Below the pieces are notes generated by a model. The model worked only from the letters and a program-made list of their open reading frames with translations. It was not told where the DNA came from and searched no databases. From Felis catus (lineage: Eukaryota): a stretch of 64,000 nucleotides of DNA. The position numbers and the translations under genes were made by a program. How positions within the stretch are numbered: the stretch's first letter is position 1; every line of letters starts with the position of its first letter. Positions 12,809-26,365 of the stretch are shown piece after piece. The stretch is from NCBI RefSeq assembly GCF_018350175.1, contig NC_058368.1, forward strand, positions 164,860,001 through 164,924,000, in the 5' to 3' direction.

Positions 12809-13899
12809 GATGTCAATTATTTAGATGATTAATTCTATCATAAACAAGTATGTGAGTTTCAAAAAAAAGATGAATATATACTTAAAGTATTCTAAGGGCT
12901 GTCAAATGTCATTTCATGAAAAAACAATGTGTAAAAATATAAAAGTCTCTCTCTATTTGAATCTGAATTCCAGTATACATTCTATTTTGAGCAGTTTGTC
13001 CAATTTTGTGAAACCTAAAGATTATAAAATTTTCTGGCTAATGAGAACACATGAACATAATAGCAATTAAATAACAAACTTATTGAGCTCTTTTATGGCA
13101 TAAATATGAAGACTCTATTTTCTTTACTACACATATTCTTGTCTTGAATGAAAAATCTATGCTTTTTGTTAGAATTTACAATTAATGGTAATATTTCTGG
13201 GATATTAAACTTTAACAATTGAATTTGAAGTGGAATATCTTCTAGAACTTCTCTCCTCTTCCCTGGAATCATTCAGAAAGGGCCTATCTTTTATAACAAA
13301 ATGATTTAGCTAAGTAAAGCCTTGTCTTATCAGGTTAGTACTCTGTTTATGATTCAGCTGTAATCACAGGAATATAAATAATCTTGACTTTTTCTTCTTT
13401 CTTACTGCTGAAAAGGAGTGAAAGGTAGAGTAGTATCTTGAAGTACCAAAGTATTTGTGTCAACAGACTTTTTCTCATGACTTCTCAGATAGCAACATGA
13501 CCTGAGTTTCTCCTCTGATTTTGGTCATGGCCAAAGAGAAAGTTTTTTTGTGGTGGTTTATATTATCTCCCACACTCTCCAAGCCCATGATTTGCTCTGT
13601 TTTGATTGGCTTCACCGAAACAGACAGACATTGCTTTGTTATTGTCATTTGCAGTCATTTTTATTTTAGGGAAGATAATCAAAAGTGGGAGCAAGTATTT
13701 GATTTAGCACATTGGTAACTTGAAGCATAAACTGCATCTGAAATCACCAAAACTAAGAGGAAAGTGAGACAAATTATACAATTTTATTATCATTGTAACA
13801 AGATGAGTGGTTGAAACATTGGTTATTCTCTCACCCTCCTGACGAATTGTCAACACATAATTAGCAAAGTAATTTTGTTTTCCTTTTTCATTGAAAGAA

Positions 13900-14087
13900 G
13901 AATGTCCAGATAAAAATCCAGGGTACAAGTTATATTTGTATTTGAATTTCAGATCAATAACAAATGATTTTTTAGTATTAAGTATTTATAAAATATTACA
14001 TGAGATATACTAAAAATATCTTTTCTTATCTGAAATTCACATTTAACTGGGCATCTGTATTATTATTTGCTAAATCTGGCAACCCCA
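13900..14087. mobile_element. MER53 palindromic MITE (hAT-Blackjack)
   Basis: ccagataaaa...tttgaatttcagat ... atctgaaattcacatttaactgggcatctgtatt...atctggcaaccc; the two halves are inverted. Confidence 0.8.
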
Positions 14088-14846
14088 CTTAAAGGGAGAT
14101 TCAGTCATTTTTTTTCCCTCTCCCCAGGATCCATAAGTCCCAGAGGAAAAAGATATGGAAGTTAACAGCTATTTTGATTTGTGTTCATAGAGGGGAATTG
14201 CAGTTTATTATCTTAGATTAAAGAAGGATTTTTTTTCTTCAATGGTACTAGATATATATGAACCAAAAAGTGGAAACCAGTGACAAGTGTCCCTTGAGGT
14301 GGAGTGTGAGGGCAAGAGTGGCAACAATCAATGAGCACTAAGGAAGAATCTCCTGTTGTTGACCTGGGGATAGGGTCGGTGGCTTCCTCTGGTGTCACCC
14401 ATCATCATAAACATACTAGCCTGGGTACACATTGGGCCATGGGAATGCTTCAGAGAAAGCCACAGTACCAGAATATTAACTTCCAAAAGCAGTACCTGGT
14501 GATCACCTAAGGGACTCTTGAAATATCTAATCTACTTTGGAGAGGAAAAGTATACCATGAGAAAAGTACCCATATAGGGCTTCTTGCTAATGTTGGCTAG
14601 TGGAATCCTAGAACCTTTCCTTATCCCACTTACATATATTCTGATGTTTGACATCTCTAGCACCTAAAGGGAACTTCTTATCTTTTCCTGAGGAGTAAGA
14701 GGACAGGTGTATGAGAATTACATTTGTCAAACTATGGTTTGGTACCACCTCCTAAGAAGGCAGAGGATTCCTCCCTGGAAGCTACTATATTTAGAGAACC
14801 ACTCAGCCATACCCTTCAAGTGGACAGAGTCTTAAAATGTGCATCT

Positions 14847-15078
14847 GGGGTGCCTGGGTGACTCAGTCGGTTAAGCATCTTTGGCTGGGTCATGATCTCA
14901 CGGTTCTTAAGTTCAAACCCCACATCAGGCTGTCTGTCACTGCAGAACCTGCTTTGGATCCTCTGTCCCTTCCCTCTCTGCCCCTCCCCAGCTCATGCTC
15001 TCTCTCTCTCTCTCTCTTGCTCTCATTCTCTCTTTCTCAAAAATAAACATTAAAAAAATTGAAAAATAAAATAAAATG
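14847..15078 (+). mobile_element. CanSINE
   Basis: ggggtgcctgggtgactcagtcgg head; TSD atgtgcatct at 14837-14846 and 15081-15090. Confidence 0.95.
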
Positions 15079-17034
15079 ATATGTGCATCTAAACCACATT
15101 AATTAAAGAAAGAAAGAAGTATACGTAGAAGATAGAAGTTCATCCTGAATGTTGTATTTTAATAGAGATCATTTTAGAATAACAAGAGTGCATAGCTTTT
15201 CCCCTCAATATATTAAGATGCCAAGTAAAAATTTTATATAATTAAAAATTTGTATGCAATTCAATATCTACCACAATATCTGGTTATTAAAACATTTTTG
15301 AAATTTGCAAAGGTATTAAAAGCTAAGGTAATAAATCAAATATGTAATTACAGCTTTTATTTTAGTCTTTTATTTTGTGGTCCACTCATACACTCTCTTC
15401 TCATATGTGTGTGAGAGTTGCTGGGGGAGGTATTAGTTTAGTCAGGAGCCTCATGATTTAAGTCAAGGAGAGTTTCAACATACTGTTACCTCAGCTTGTT
15501 ACAAAAGTCTTGAGGAAGCATATGCTTTTATGAAACCCAACTCTTATATTACAGTATTTAGTTCACATTCTCAGGGTATTTTACTAAAATTGATTGTAAT
15601 CTCTGAAAATAACTGATATTTTACTCTGCATTATACCATATTTCAAACATAGTCCCACTAAGATATCTCAGGGTATGCTCTTTCCAAACTTCTACTATAG
15701 ACATGGTCCTCTGCATTTGTAATCACCTTGGTAAATTTGCATGTTGCAAGACTAACAGACAAGTATTAGTTTAGCATCATGTTCACCTTTTAACAATACA
15801 TCAGTGAGTCAGTTCTGAGACTGACTTAAATGCAATTGAATGTTCAATCCAGTAAGAATGTGAAGACATTTAAGTAAATGCAGTGTATTTGTCTGAATCT
15901 GAGATCATGTTGTACATGTTTATTTATTGCATGATGTGCAATCAAACAAATTCACTGAGTAGATGTATGTCATTCTTTGATAGCACATTCAAATAAATGT
16001 CTCCACCATTTACAGCAATGTAAAAATGTAAACTAGTAAAGATGTTTTGTCTCACCTTTTTTTTTTTTACAAAGTATAAATGTGACATAGTTTCTTGACA
16101 GAAGTGATAAATCTATTGTGTAATGACCATTTAAGACTAGTTTTCATTAATCACATGCAAGACATTTTGTTTAGGTCTAATCATTTTCTACTCCACATGT
16201 ACCTTCCCAAATGTACCTGTCACAGGTACAATTGGTCAGTCAATTTTGGTCAATATAGGCGTTGATAACAATCTTTAATAAATTTGGCTATCGCAAGAAA
16301 TACTGATTCTGAAGGGAAGAACTGCCAGTTATTTAGTTACATACACGTATGATTCTGGCCACAAGAAAGTAGATTAAAACTCAACTTTTCTACCTTTTGA
16401 TCAAAAGATACTTTTAATGGGCCACAGTTAGTAACAAAGGAGAATATAAATATTTCCTGCAGAGATATGTACACCAACTCAAGTGGAGATTGAACATTTG
16501 TTTAATTTCACCAAAATAAACAGCCCAAAACAATACCAAAAATTATATAAAACAGCCTTAGCTTTTATAAAAATAATTTTAAAACTGATATCCTATTGAG
16601 ATGGATATCTGAAAGCCTCTGTTATATAGTATTTTCTTTTAAGAAAGTGAGGCTATGTTTTTGTTTTTGTTTTGTTTGAAATGAGAAAAAAGAGACAATT
16701 TGTCAGATAGTTCATAACATAGATGGTGTTATGTTAATTCTGAAGGAACAACTGAAATCCTACTAGGTAGATCTGTTCCTAAAAACAAGGAATGCTACAT
16801 CTGAAGAACTGGACAATGACACAGGGTTGGCACTTTATAGAGGTGTAAGTTGAATGCACTTCTGACAATGATCCCTTGCTACAGTGATCTTAGGCAATAC
16901 ATTATTCTCATGATAAATATGGTAACTTCCAGTAGTTTTGAGGTATCTTCTCTTTACGCGTATATTTAGACACACACAAACACACACACCCTTACTTTCA
17001 CACATATTCCTTAATTAATGTGGATAGCCTCTTT

Positions 17035-17227
17035 AAAAAAAAATTAACACTCATTTTTGAGAGACAGAGTGTGAGTGGGGAGAGACAGGGAGACAGAGAA
17101 TCTAAAGCAAGCACCAGGCTCTGAGCTGTCGGCATAGACCCTGACATGGGGCTTGAACTCATGGACTACAAAATCATGACCTGAGCTGAAGTCAGATGCT
17201 TAACCAGTTGAGCCACCTAGGCACCCC
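17035..17227 (-). mobile_element. CanSINE
   Basis: Ends ...gagccacctaggcacccc; diverged TSD. Confidence 0.94.
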
Positions 17228-17311
17228 ATGGGTAATCTCTTTGCGTCAAGATTCTAAAGTATCCATCTTCTTTCTCTTCCAGAGGCCCTAAAAAATATAA
17301 GCTAGTCTGGG

Positions 17312-17380
17312 CATTGTTCTGTCCTGCACCTAGAACAAGTGCCTGGAACAAAGTGGACAATAAATGTTTCTTGAATGATA
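17312..17380 (+). mobile_element. L2 3'-end relic
   Basis: gcacctagaacaagtgcctggaaca...caataaatgtttcttgaatga. Confidence 0.6.
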
Positions 17381-17469
17381 TAATGACTTTACTTACTCAA
17401 AACTAATGTGACTGGGAAAGTTGTGGTAATATAATGGTAAGGTTTATTAGGAATTGATTCTTGGTACAG

Positions 17470-17600
17470 TGGAAAACAGCTCTGCCACTCACTATTTTAT
17501 GGGTTTGGATGTTTCTTAACTCCCCTGGGGCACACTCTCTGCATCTACAACGTGAAGAAATTGGGCCAGATGATAGCTAAGATCTTTTCACATGTAATAT
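17470..17600 (+). mobile_element. MIR3/MIRc-like relic
   Basis: agctctgccactcact...catctacaacgtgaagaaattgggccagatgatagctaagatc. Confidence 0.55.
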
Positions 17601-20600
17601 TTGATGATTTGTTAGGTCTTATCTGAGAATTTCATTTTGGTATCACATCAATTTTCCTAACAATAGTTTACTAATTCCCAGAACCTCACAGTATATTTGT
17701 CCCTACAAACTCTCATCTGTAGTTAGAGACTGCCGATTCCCTATTATTATCTAATTTTGTTTAACCTGAAATTAGAATGTAGAATTCATCAACATTTTAC
17801 TAGTCTTTTAATTTATATATACCCTTTGACAATTATTTTTGTTGTATCTAATTAGAAATATCATTAATAACCTTAACAAATTAATTACCCATGTTCTGAG
17901 CTTTGTGTTTTATTGTCAATAACATTTTTAATTGCCTATAGCTCAATTCCTTTAAGACCTAGTCTTTTTTTTTATCACAGGTAATGGGTCTTTAAGCTTA
18001 TGCTAATTTGCAGGGCTAGATGCACATTATGACTAGTTAATAATTGGTGTTTCTTATTTCAAAAATCAGCTACCCCCACCCCCATTGTATGACTACTATA
18101 TTATGGAAAATTATACTAGCTCACTTACATTTGGCTATTTTGATCCATGGTTCACTTTTTTTGGGAATTTAAACTAGATTTTCTTAAACTCTACTAGTTT
18201 AATGTTTATAATGAATATAAATATTCTTCTGATTGCATAATGCTTTTTTACAAACTACTGTGTTCATTATCCACTCACATATCTTTTTTCTAAAATATTG
18301 TGCATGTGTTTATGTGTAGATTATGCTCAGTTCTTGTTATTACGACTTTAAACATTTCTCCAAAACTTTCATACTCAAAATCAAAATAATAAATATAAAA
18401 ATAAGTGAATATAATGGATAAAATGTTTGGTATTATATCTTTAAAGTGTACACTATATATAATTACCTAAAGTATAACGGTATTTTGAACTTTCTTCAAA
18501 ACTTCACAAGTTTATACTCCACAATGAATCTGTAGGCTAGGAAATATTTCAAGCTCATTTAAGTATTAACATGCACTTGCTTTCTCTATGAGTCTCCATT
18601 GTTTTTCAGGGTGTGGTGACAGATTATGCTGAGTCATCCCTACTTTTCTGCTTTTTACAGCACATTTTGTTGAACTGACAGCTGAGGTTAGAGAATATTG
18701 TTAACTTCTGTTTGTACTTGCATGCCATTGGTTAACAGGAATCTTTGGAAATATATGGTACACATTATGCATTTAAATTTCACACATAGCCATTTTTCAA
18801 ATAAGTATAATATAGGAGCTTCTTCCTTTTATCTCAGAGGAAACCTCCTTTTCCTCAGGGAAATGAAACCCATTCAAAGACCTACCATATGTGAATTCAT
18901 ACTACAGATAGTTTTTACCATATGTGCTATGAGACTAACACTTCAAGATACTTTCAGCTTTGACTCTGAATTTCCTGTTCTTTGTCAGTTTAAACTAAGC
19001 TCTTCACATTACTGTGAATTGAATGTAACTCATATGTATTATATACTGAAGGTAATACTTTAAAATAAGTGGAAGGTAATTATTCATTTATTTTGTATTC
19101 ACTGAGGTAGCATTAATCATAGTGACTCCATTTTGGATTCATATGGAGTATAGTTCATAATTCCAAAGAATTCAACTATATACCTTGTCTATATTCATAA
19201 TCTGTCCTTATTGAAACTATGATTGTCAAACAAAAAGTCATTTTGGTGATGTCACAAGGACAAATTTTATTCTTATGTTGAATTTGTTACTGTGACAATA
19301 CACTAGCTACACATGAATAAACCATTCACCTCAATCCTATGACCAACATTCTTTAAACTTGTACAACAACTAATACTAAATATATGAACTAGAGAAGTAG
19401 AGAAAAATGTCAATGCTGACCTAAGGTAATTTTCTCTTTTCCAGTTATTTTAGGGTCAATAACAAGTCAAGAATCTCACTAATCTTAGAAGTGAAGTCTA
19501 ATTAAAAAAAAAAATCATATTAGATTTTGATAGTGAACTGCATCAGTTTGATCAGAAAATTTATTTTAAACTATTTAAGAAGATTCATAGGTGTGACTTT
19601 ACTAAAAATTTAAATATACCTATAATGTCAGTGACTACCAAATAATGTAAAAATTGTACAGCTTGCTTACAGAAAACAGTTGTCACCTTCTACATTTTCC
19701 CCCTTTGTTAAATTCACAGTTTTGTTTCTGCAATACTGTCCTTATGGAGGAAAATTTAACATCAACCATGAATGAATTGATTTGAATTGCATTGGCATTG
19801 AATTCTTATGTAGTAATTCAAGAGGTGGATTAGAGAGCAATTGTGATCCAAAGATTGTTTTCTGCAAAGTTCTTTTGAATTATGCATAAATGACATTTGG
19901 ATTCTGCTGTTTGAAGTTTATAATTCGGATAGCTTTTTAAATATTAATGAGTTGTTTGGGAAGATTTACCAAACAGATAATGACCAGTCAGACCAAGTAG
20001 ATAAGGATCCTGAGAAGTATGTGGGGTATTTAAATATTTTGACTTAATATTATCTGACCACTGGAATAGTCCATGTTATTTACTATGTTATGATGTTTAA
20101 TTACCTGCATGGAAGTCTATTGAAAAGTCATTCATAGGTCTTTCAAATGTCATTTATAAATGCGGAGTACCTGAGTGTAATGAACTTTGCAGAAATAAAT
20201 GTGTTCCAGTAAAAAATTTTGATCTGTTTGGGAAGTGATCATGTAAATCAAGATTATAAACTGAACCACTAGAGAAACATTGTAACAACTCATGAATTAT
20301 CCAAAATATATTGCAAAGAGAAAGGAAGTGAAAGGAGAAAGGTAGGAATGTGCTGACTGACATGACTTCAGACTGTGGCTATGTCTCCCTAGCCCAAAGA
20401 AAAAGAGAGAATGTCATACCTTATTGCAGAGACAATGTTCATCTGTACAACTTAGAATTATAGGGTTTTTTTTAAACAATTGTTTTATTCTGTTCTTTGT
20501 TTAAAATTATGATTTATCTACTTAGCTATTATTCAAGGACAATGGTTTTACCCGTGTTAAAACATTATATGAGAATTGAAATGGAATTATAGAATAACTC

Positions 20601-20623
20601 CAAATATTTGGATTATGGCTGTA

Positions 20624-21090
20624 TGTACCAGTTCATTTCTACTGTGTAACAACCACTCCAAAATCTGATGACCTAAAACAACACCATTTATTTAACTCAT
20701 AATACAGGTTGGCTATTTGCTCTATGTGTTAGCTTAACAATTTTTCTGATCTATATCAGGCTCCCTAGGTGTCAGCAGTTTTCTGGCACATCAGCTGGAG
20801 ACTAGCTGGTGTAGATTGGCCTCAGCTGAGGGGGTTTGTGTCTGATACAGGAGGGGAGCCCAGGCTTGTTCACATTAGGTCATGGGATTTCAAGAAAAAG
20901 AACATCAAGAAGCCTTTGCTCAGAACTAGATCAGTATCCCTTTTGCCTCATTATTGACCGAAACAATCCACAAACCAGTCTGGATTCCAGGAATGGAGAA
21001 ATGGATTCTACCTCTTTATGAGGGGCTACAAAGTTACAGTGCAAAGCAGGCACATGCAGGATGGTGTGGTTGAGTATGATATTTCTGCCA
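20624..21090 (-). mobile_element. ERVL-MaLR LTR (MLT1F/H-like)
   Basis: ctgtgtaacaaccactccaaaatctgatgacctaaaacaacaccatttatttaactca ... ggattccaggaatggagaaatggattctacctcttt. Confidence 0.7.
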
Positions 21091-22364
21091 TGGCATGATA
21101 AATAGTCCTCTCCTTCCTAATTTTGATGTTTAGAAAGTCACCAGATTGACTCAAAGCTGCTATCAGAGGCTTCCTTGAAGACATGGTTTGACTTACAGTC
21201 TAATATCTTTCATTTGTCTTGAAGACATTTTATCCTTTCATTTTATTCAGAATATTAATGGAATTGGGGGCTGTCAAGGAATGCTGTCCGTGAGGATGTT
21301 AGATGAAGTCAAGCTTTCCTGAAAATGACTTACACAATTTTTGCCTTTCATTTGTGCCATTTCAAAGGATATATTTAACTTGTGTCCTGTGTTTTAGTGG
21401 ATGCATTTCCTGCCCCCACCCCAGCCTCAAGTTAATGTTGCATCCTGGCCTGTACAGAATGCAATACTATTGTTTAAATACCTAGCATACAGTAAGTGTT
21501 GAAAAAAGACATTTTAAAAAACAAACATTATGGTCCTCTGATTGTTTATATAATGGTAGATGGTAAGATATTAAGTTTATAGATACCATTAATATTTTGT
21601 GGATAGTAAAAGGCTGAACTACAAGTTTATAATGTTTATATTATTAAGTAGTAGAAAATAGATCAAACTTAATATGCATGTAAAAACAAAGTAGCAAGCA
21701 AAACATTTATGCTGTTATTCTGACATGATGTGATGAGAGGTAACCATTACAAACCAGGAAAGGATCACATGCCATGTGGTTAATAATACCTAGTGAGTGC
21801 TACCTCATCAAGATAGGTATTTGAGAAAATCTAGACAATATGATCTTCTGCTGAGGGAATATGTATTTTGCACCCAAGAGTATTCTGGATTTGCATAGCT
21901 GAGAAAAGGCACCCTAGAAAACGAGGCAAAGTTTAGAGAAGAGAAACAAAAGTTAATAGGTGAAGGAAGAGGATCTTACCTGACAGTAGAGTAGGAATAT
22001 TATAGCTTTTCAATCTAGAATGATTAATTCTAAGTTGATATTTATGGAGTTTAGGAAATCATGAAATTTAGGCTAAAATTTCACCACATTCTGAAATACT
22101 TGGACTTCGGGGTCACCTTTAAGAATTATTTTTCTCTTTGTATATAGTCCTGGTTATTCTCATTCTGCTAAATTCTCTAAAGTTCTAAAGATGAAATCCA
22201 TTGAATAATGGTTAACTACGTGTTAGGCACTCAGTATTAGGTGATCATAATCTAAAACCCACAATCTAAGTGAAATGTTTATGTCCTTCTACTGACCCCT
22301 AAATGTCACATCTTATTACTATCTTTGTATGGCTGGACTTTTATAAAGTCTCCATAAACTCAAC

Positions 22365-22485
22365 CCTTTTACCTTATTGGGAGAAGAAAATAAGGTCCAG
22401 AGAAGTTGAATGACTTGCTCCCATTACACAAGTGGTTGTTGAATCCTAATTTTGAGAGTAAAGTCTCAGACTCATACATGCAATA
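22365..22485 (-). mobile_element. MIR relic
   Basis: gaagaaaataaggtccagagaagttgaatgacttgctcccattacaca. Confidence 0.6.
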
Positions 22486-23567
22486 TTTGCTTTTTACCTT
22501 TAACTCTGGTCCAGCCTTTCTCCTCCCTGCTAACTATTGCCAATGGATTGTGTCAAGGGTATTTATGGGTAATCTTATGATTCTTTAACGTCTGTATCAG
22601 TACTGCTCTAACTTCGTTTTTTTTGTTGTTGTTGTTACTGGAGAACAGGGAGCCTGAACCATCTCTTTCTATTCTTTCTAATGTACCCTTTCCATAAGAA
22701 ACATTACTCATACATGAAGTTGGCAAATATTTATTCATAAGCTATCATGTTGCAAAACTATGTTAAGGTCTTGGTATAAAAAATTCTTGGAATTTATAGA
22801 CTGAATAGAACTATATGCCTTTTCACTCGATTTCTATATCATTTTTTTCTTTTCCATCATTCACTGCTACCAGTCTAGATTATTGTATTAGCTGCCAGTA
22901 GTCTCTCCACTATTTCTCTTTTCCAAATAAATATTCCTGAAATAATATCAGTTATATTACTTTCTTATTCAAAGTCTTCATTGATTTTCCATACACTCAA
23001 ATCCAACCCCAACCCTTGTTTATATTACTTGCCTTATGAATTAACTGCTTTTGTAATTCAAATAATATCTATCTAGTTTTAACCTCTATTTCCCAAAGTT
23101 TATTAATAAAAGCATTTATTTAGCATTTACTGTGGGTAAAACCCACTGTTAATTATACTGAGGAAGACAAATATGAGAGATGGTGTTTGAAATCCAAATG
23201 CTAACACTCTATTAGAAAATATAGAATGTTATGTAGAAATTATGAATATCATTAAAACCAAAGGGAGAACATTCTCAAAGTTTAAAAGAGAGAGAGCCTT
23301 CCTTTGGGGAGTTCCTGAAGGAAGGATTTCATGGTCATCTTAAACTTAACCCTTCAATTATTTTCCCTGGTACTTTGGTTTACTTTCCATCCTGACTTTA
23401 ATCCTAAATAATTCTGTTCTTGAAAGTGTAATGTTTCTGGATAATATAATATGTGTATACTACTTTTAATGAATGTTTAGTGTAACTAGAAAATTGAAAA
23501 CATTTGCAATTATGTTACTTAATGATCTCATATAAAGGTCCACATAGTATATTCTATCTTAAATTCT

Positions 23568-23657
23568 GTGTGTGTGTGTGTGTGTGTGCATGTATGTGTG
23601 TGTGTATATATGTCTGTTGTATACGTATATATATGTGTGTGTGTGTGTGTGTGTATG

Positions 23658-23716
<59 letters not shown>

Positions 23717-23731
23717 CTATATATATATATG
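23568..23731 (+). repeat. Compound (TG)n/(TA)n microsatellite
   Basis: Direct reading; about 165 bp of mostly alternating purine-pyrimidine. Confidence 0.97.
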
Positions 23732-24704
23732 TCTGTTGACAGTCACCCAGCAATGCCCCTCTGCTTGATAACTTAGGTCCTTAAAGGAACTTCATGTGGA
23801 ACATGGTCTGGGCCCCAGGTAACTATGATTTCTGCGACTTCTCTCAGACACAGGACCCTGCCTAAGGCTGAGGGCCAGCTTTGCCTCCAAAGTTGATTTC
23901 TTCTTAGGCTTGCCTCATCCTGACTCAGGACTAGGCCACAACGCAACAGTGTTTATGTTGTGGGAAGGGCTGTCTTGGCTATGTCAGCCTCTAGGAGTGC
24001 TGCAGTTCGGTCATTTTTTTTTTCTCTACACCCTATCATCCTCTTTAAATTTTTACCATGGAATATATTATTTTTATAATTGAAAGAATACGAAAATATC
24101 TTCAGAAAGATCCATAAGCTTCACAATACTGAGCTTATGACTGTATTTTCTTTTAACACTTGGAGCAATTCTTTCTACTGATTCACACTGTAACTAATTA
24201 CCTTCACAACCGTTCTAAAATAATTATCTTCTGTTCTAGTCATCTGGATAAAAATCTTGTTGCTCTCAAGTGTATGGCTCATCCTTAGTAAACCACTTGC
24301 AAACTCTTTTGCATTATATTTTTCAAATTTCAGAACAATGAACTTGTAAGTAATTATTGATAATGACTAGTTTCTTTACTTTGTTATTAAACTCTAAAGT
24401 TATCAAAATTTTGAATAACAAGGTTATTATTAATACTGATTACTGTCTTTAAGTAGGATTTTTAACTCAAAACATTACTTATGAATAGATGAAAACAATT
24501 TTAGAAGTTTGAGAAAACATATCTAAGTTTTTATCAAACTCTGTTACTCAGTAAACTAAAAAAATAATACATCTGTTTGCTGTTTCTATTCTATCATGCT
24601 ATCAACATTATCTTATAATTTCTATTTGAGGAAATCTTATCTGTGACTCAAGATCTCACTCACAAGCCAATTCTTTTTTGAAGAGTCCCTTGATAAATTT
24701 CTAA

Positions 24705-25115
24705 CAATCAGTTGAGGTTAACATACAACCCCAAAATCTCTGGCTTGCAACTACAAAGGCTTATTTTTCATATTTTATGTCCACTGTTGGTCAGCTACAA
24801 CTCTGTTCTGTGTCACCTAGGTGACATGCTATATCTGACATGCTACACCTATATCTGAGGTGCTGCTAGTCTTTTTTAAGAGTTTCAAGAGAAACATGGC
24901 AAACTCAAACTAGCTCTTCAACTTTAACTTGAAAGCTATTCACGTACTGCTATTCCCATGTCATTGACCAATGCAGTTAATATGACCCACTCTGAAGTCA
25001 GATGGATGGAGATATACCATACCTCACATGGCAAATCTGGATACCAACAGGATTGGGAAGTATAATCTACACCCAGGTAGGGATAGAAAATATTTTTAAC
25101 AATAATACAATCCAT
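24705..25115 (-). mobile_element. ERVL-MaLR LTR (MLT1I/J-like)
   Basis: aacatacaaccccaaaatctctggcttgcaactacaaaggcttattt ... tcattgaccaatgcagttaatatgaccc ... aacaataatacaatc. Confidence 0.6.
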
Positions 25116-25385
25116 AGCAATGATCATTGTAATGGAGGTAGGGGATGAAAAAAATACAAAGTTTTAAAATTTTCCTCCAATGTTCTTATTAACTGTGTGG
25201 TTTCCTAGAATATATCCTAATGGATTTGTGTCTCTTTTCATACCATTCACTTTCATTCTTTACCTCTTCTTCCCAGTTCCCTTTTTGAAAATTCTATTCA
25301 TTCCAATCATAATTAAGTACTTCCTTGGTGGTTTTCTTGATATATTCAACTCATATTGAACTCATTTCTTATTTAAACTGATTTA

Positions 25386-25728
25386 CAGTTAGCCTTTGAA
25401 CAATGGGGGTATTAGGAGTGTCAACATCCCCCCAGCCATGCACAGTAGAAAATCCATGTATAACTTTTGTCTCGCCCAAAACTTATCTAATAGCCTGCTA
25501 GTGAATGAAAGCCTTACCAATAACATAGTCAACTAACACATATTTTGTATGTTATATGTATTATAGCCCGTTTTGCTACAATAAAGTAAGCTAGAGAAAA
25601 GAAAATGTTACTAAGAAAGTTATAAGAGAAAGAAAATACATTTATAGTCCTATACTGTATTTGTCAGAAAAAAATCTGCATGTAAGTGGGCATGTGCAGT
25701 TCAAACCTGTGCTGTTCAAGATCAACTG
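25386..25728. mobile_element. Tigger2-derived MITE (Tigger2a/MER28-like, TcMar)
   Basis: TA TSDs (25384-85, 25729-30); terminal inverted repeats cagttagcctttgaaca / tgttcaagatcaactg; internal aataaagtaagctagagaaaagaaaatgtta. Confidence 0.88.
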
Positions 25729-26123
25729 TATATTGATTTTTTAAGCACTTGCTTTATTCAGGTCTCCACAGTAGTTTCACAAATGGTGTTTGTGTGTTTT
25801 CTCCCAAGTCAAACATATGCTAATGTACTTGACAAGTCTAAGCTTTGATCCATTTTTCTTCTTTATGTAGGAGAACCTGAGTTTTTAGGCTTCAATACCC
25901 AGTGCTGCCACTATGGGTAGACTTCCCCAAGGCCTTTTCAGTTCAGTAGAAAATGTGAACAAACCTGTTATTTGTAAAAGTGTGGATAGCTTTTGGTTTT
26001 GTATTCACTTGTCTCAGTATGTGCTTGGTGTGTACAGAAATCTGTATCAGCCCCCTGTTTTTTCTCAAATGTTTACTGAATATGTCAATAGATAATCTTG
26101 GGATTAAGAAAAGGCATATGGTT

Positions 26124-26365
26124 GGGATGCCTTGGTGGCTCAGTTTGTTAAATGTCAGACTGTTGATCTTGGCTCAGGTCATGTTCTCACAGGTTTGGGT
26201 TCCTGAGATTAGGCCTCCCACTTTGGGCTCTGCGTTGACAGTGGGGAAATTGTTTGGGATTCTCTCTCTCCCTCTTTCTCTGCCCCTCCCCACTCACGTG
26301 TGTGTGTGTGGGGGGGGCACTCTCTCTCTCTCTCTCAAAATAAATAAATGGCCTTTTTTAAAAAG
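26124..26365 (+). mobile_element. CanSINE
   Basis: TSD agaaaaggcatatgg at 26107-26121 and 26366-26380; head gggatgccttggtggctcag. Confidence 0.94.
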
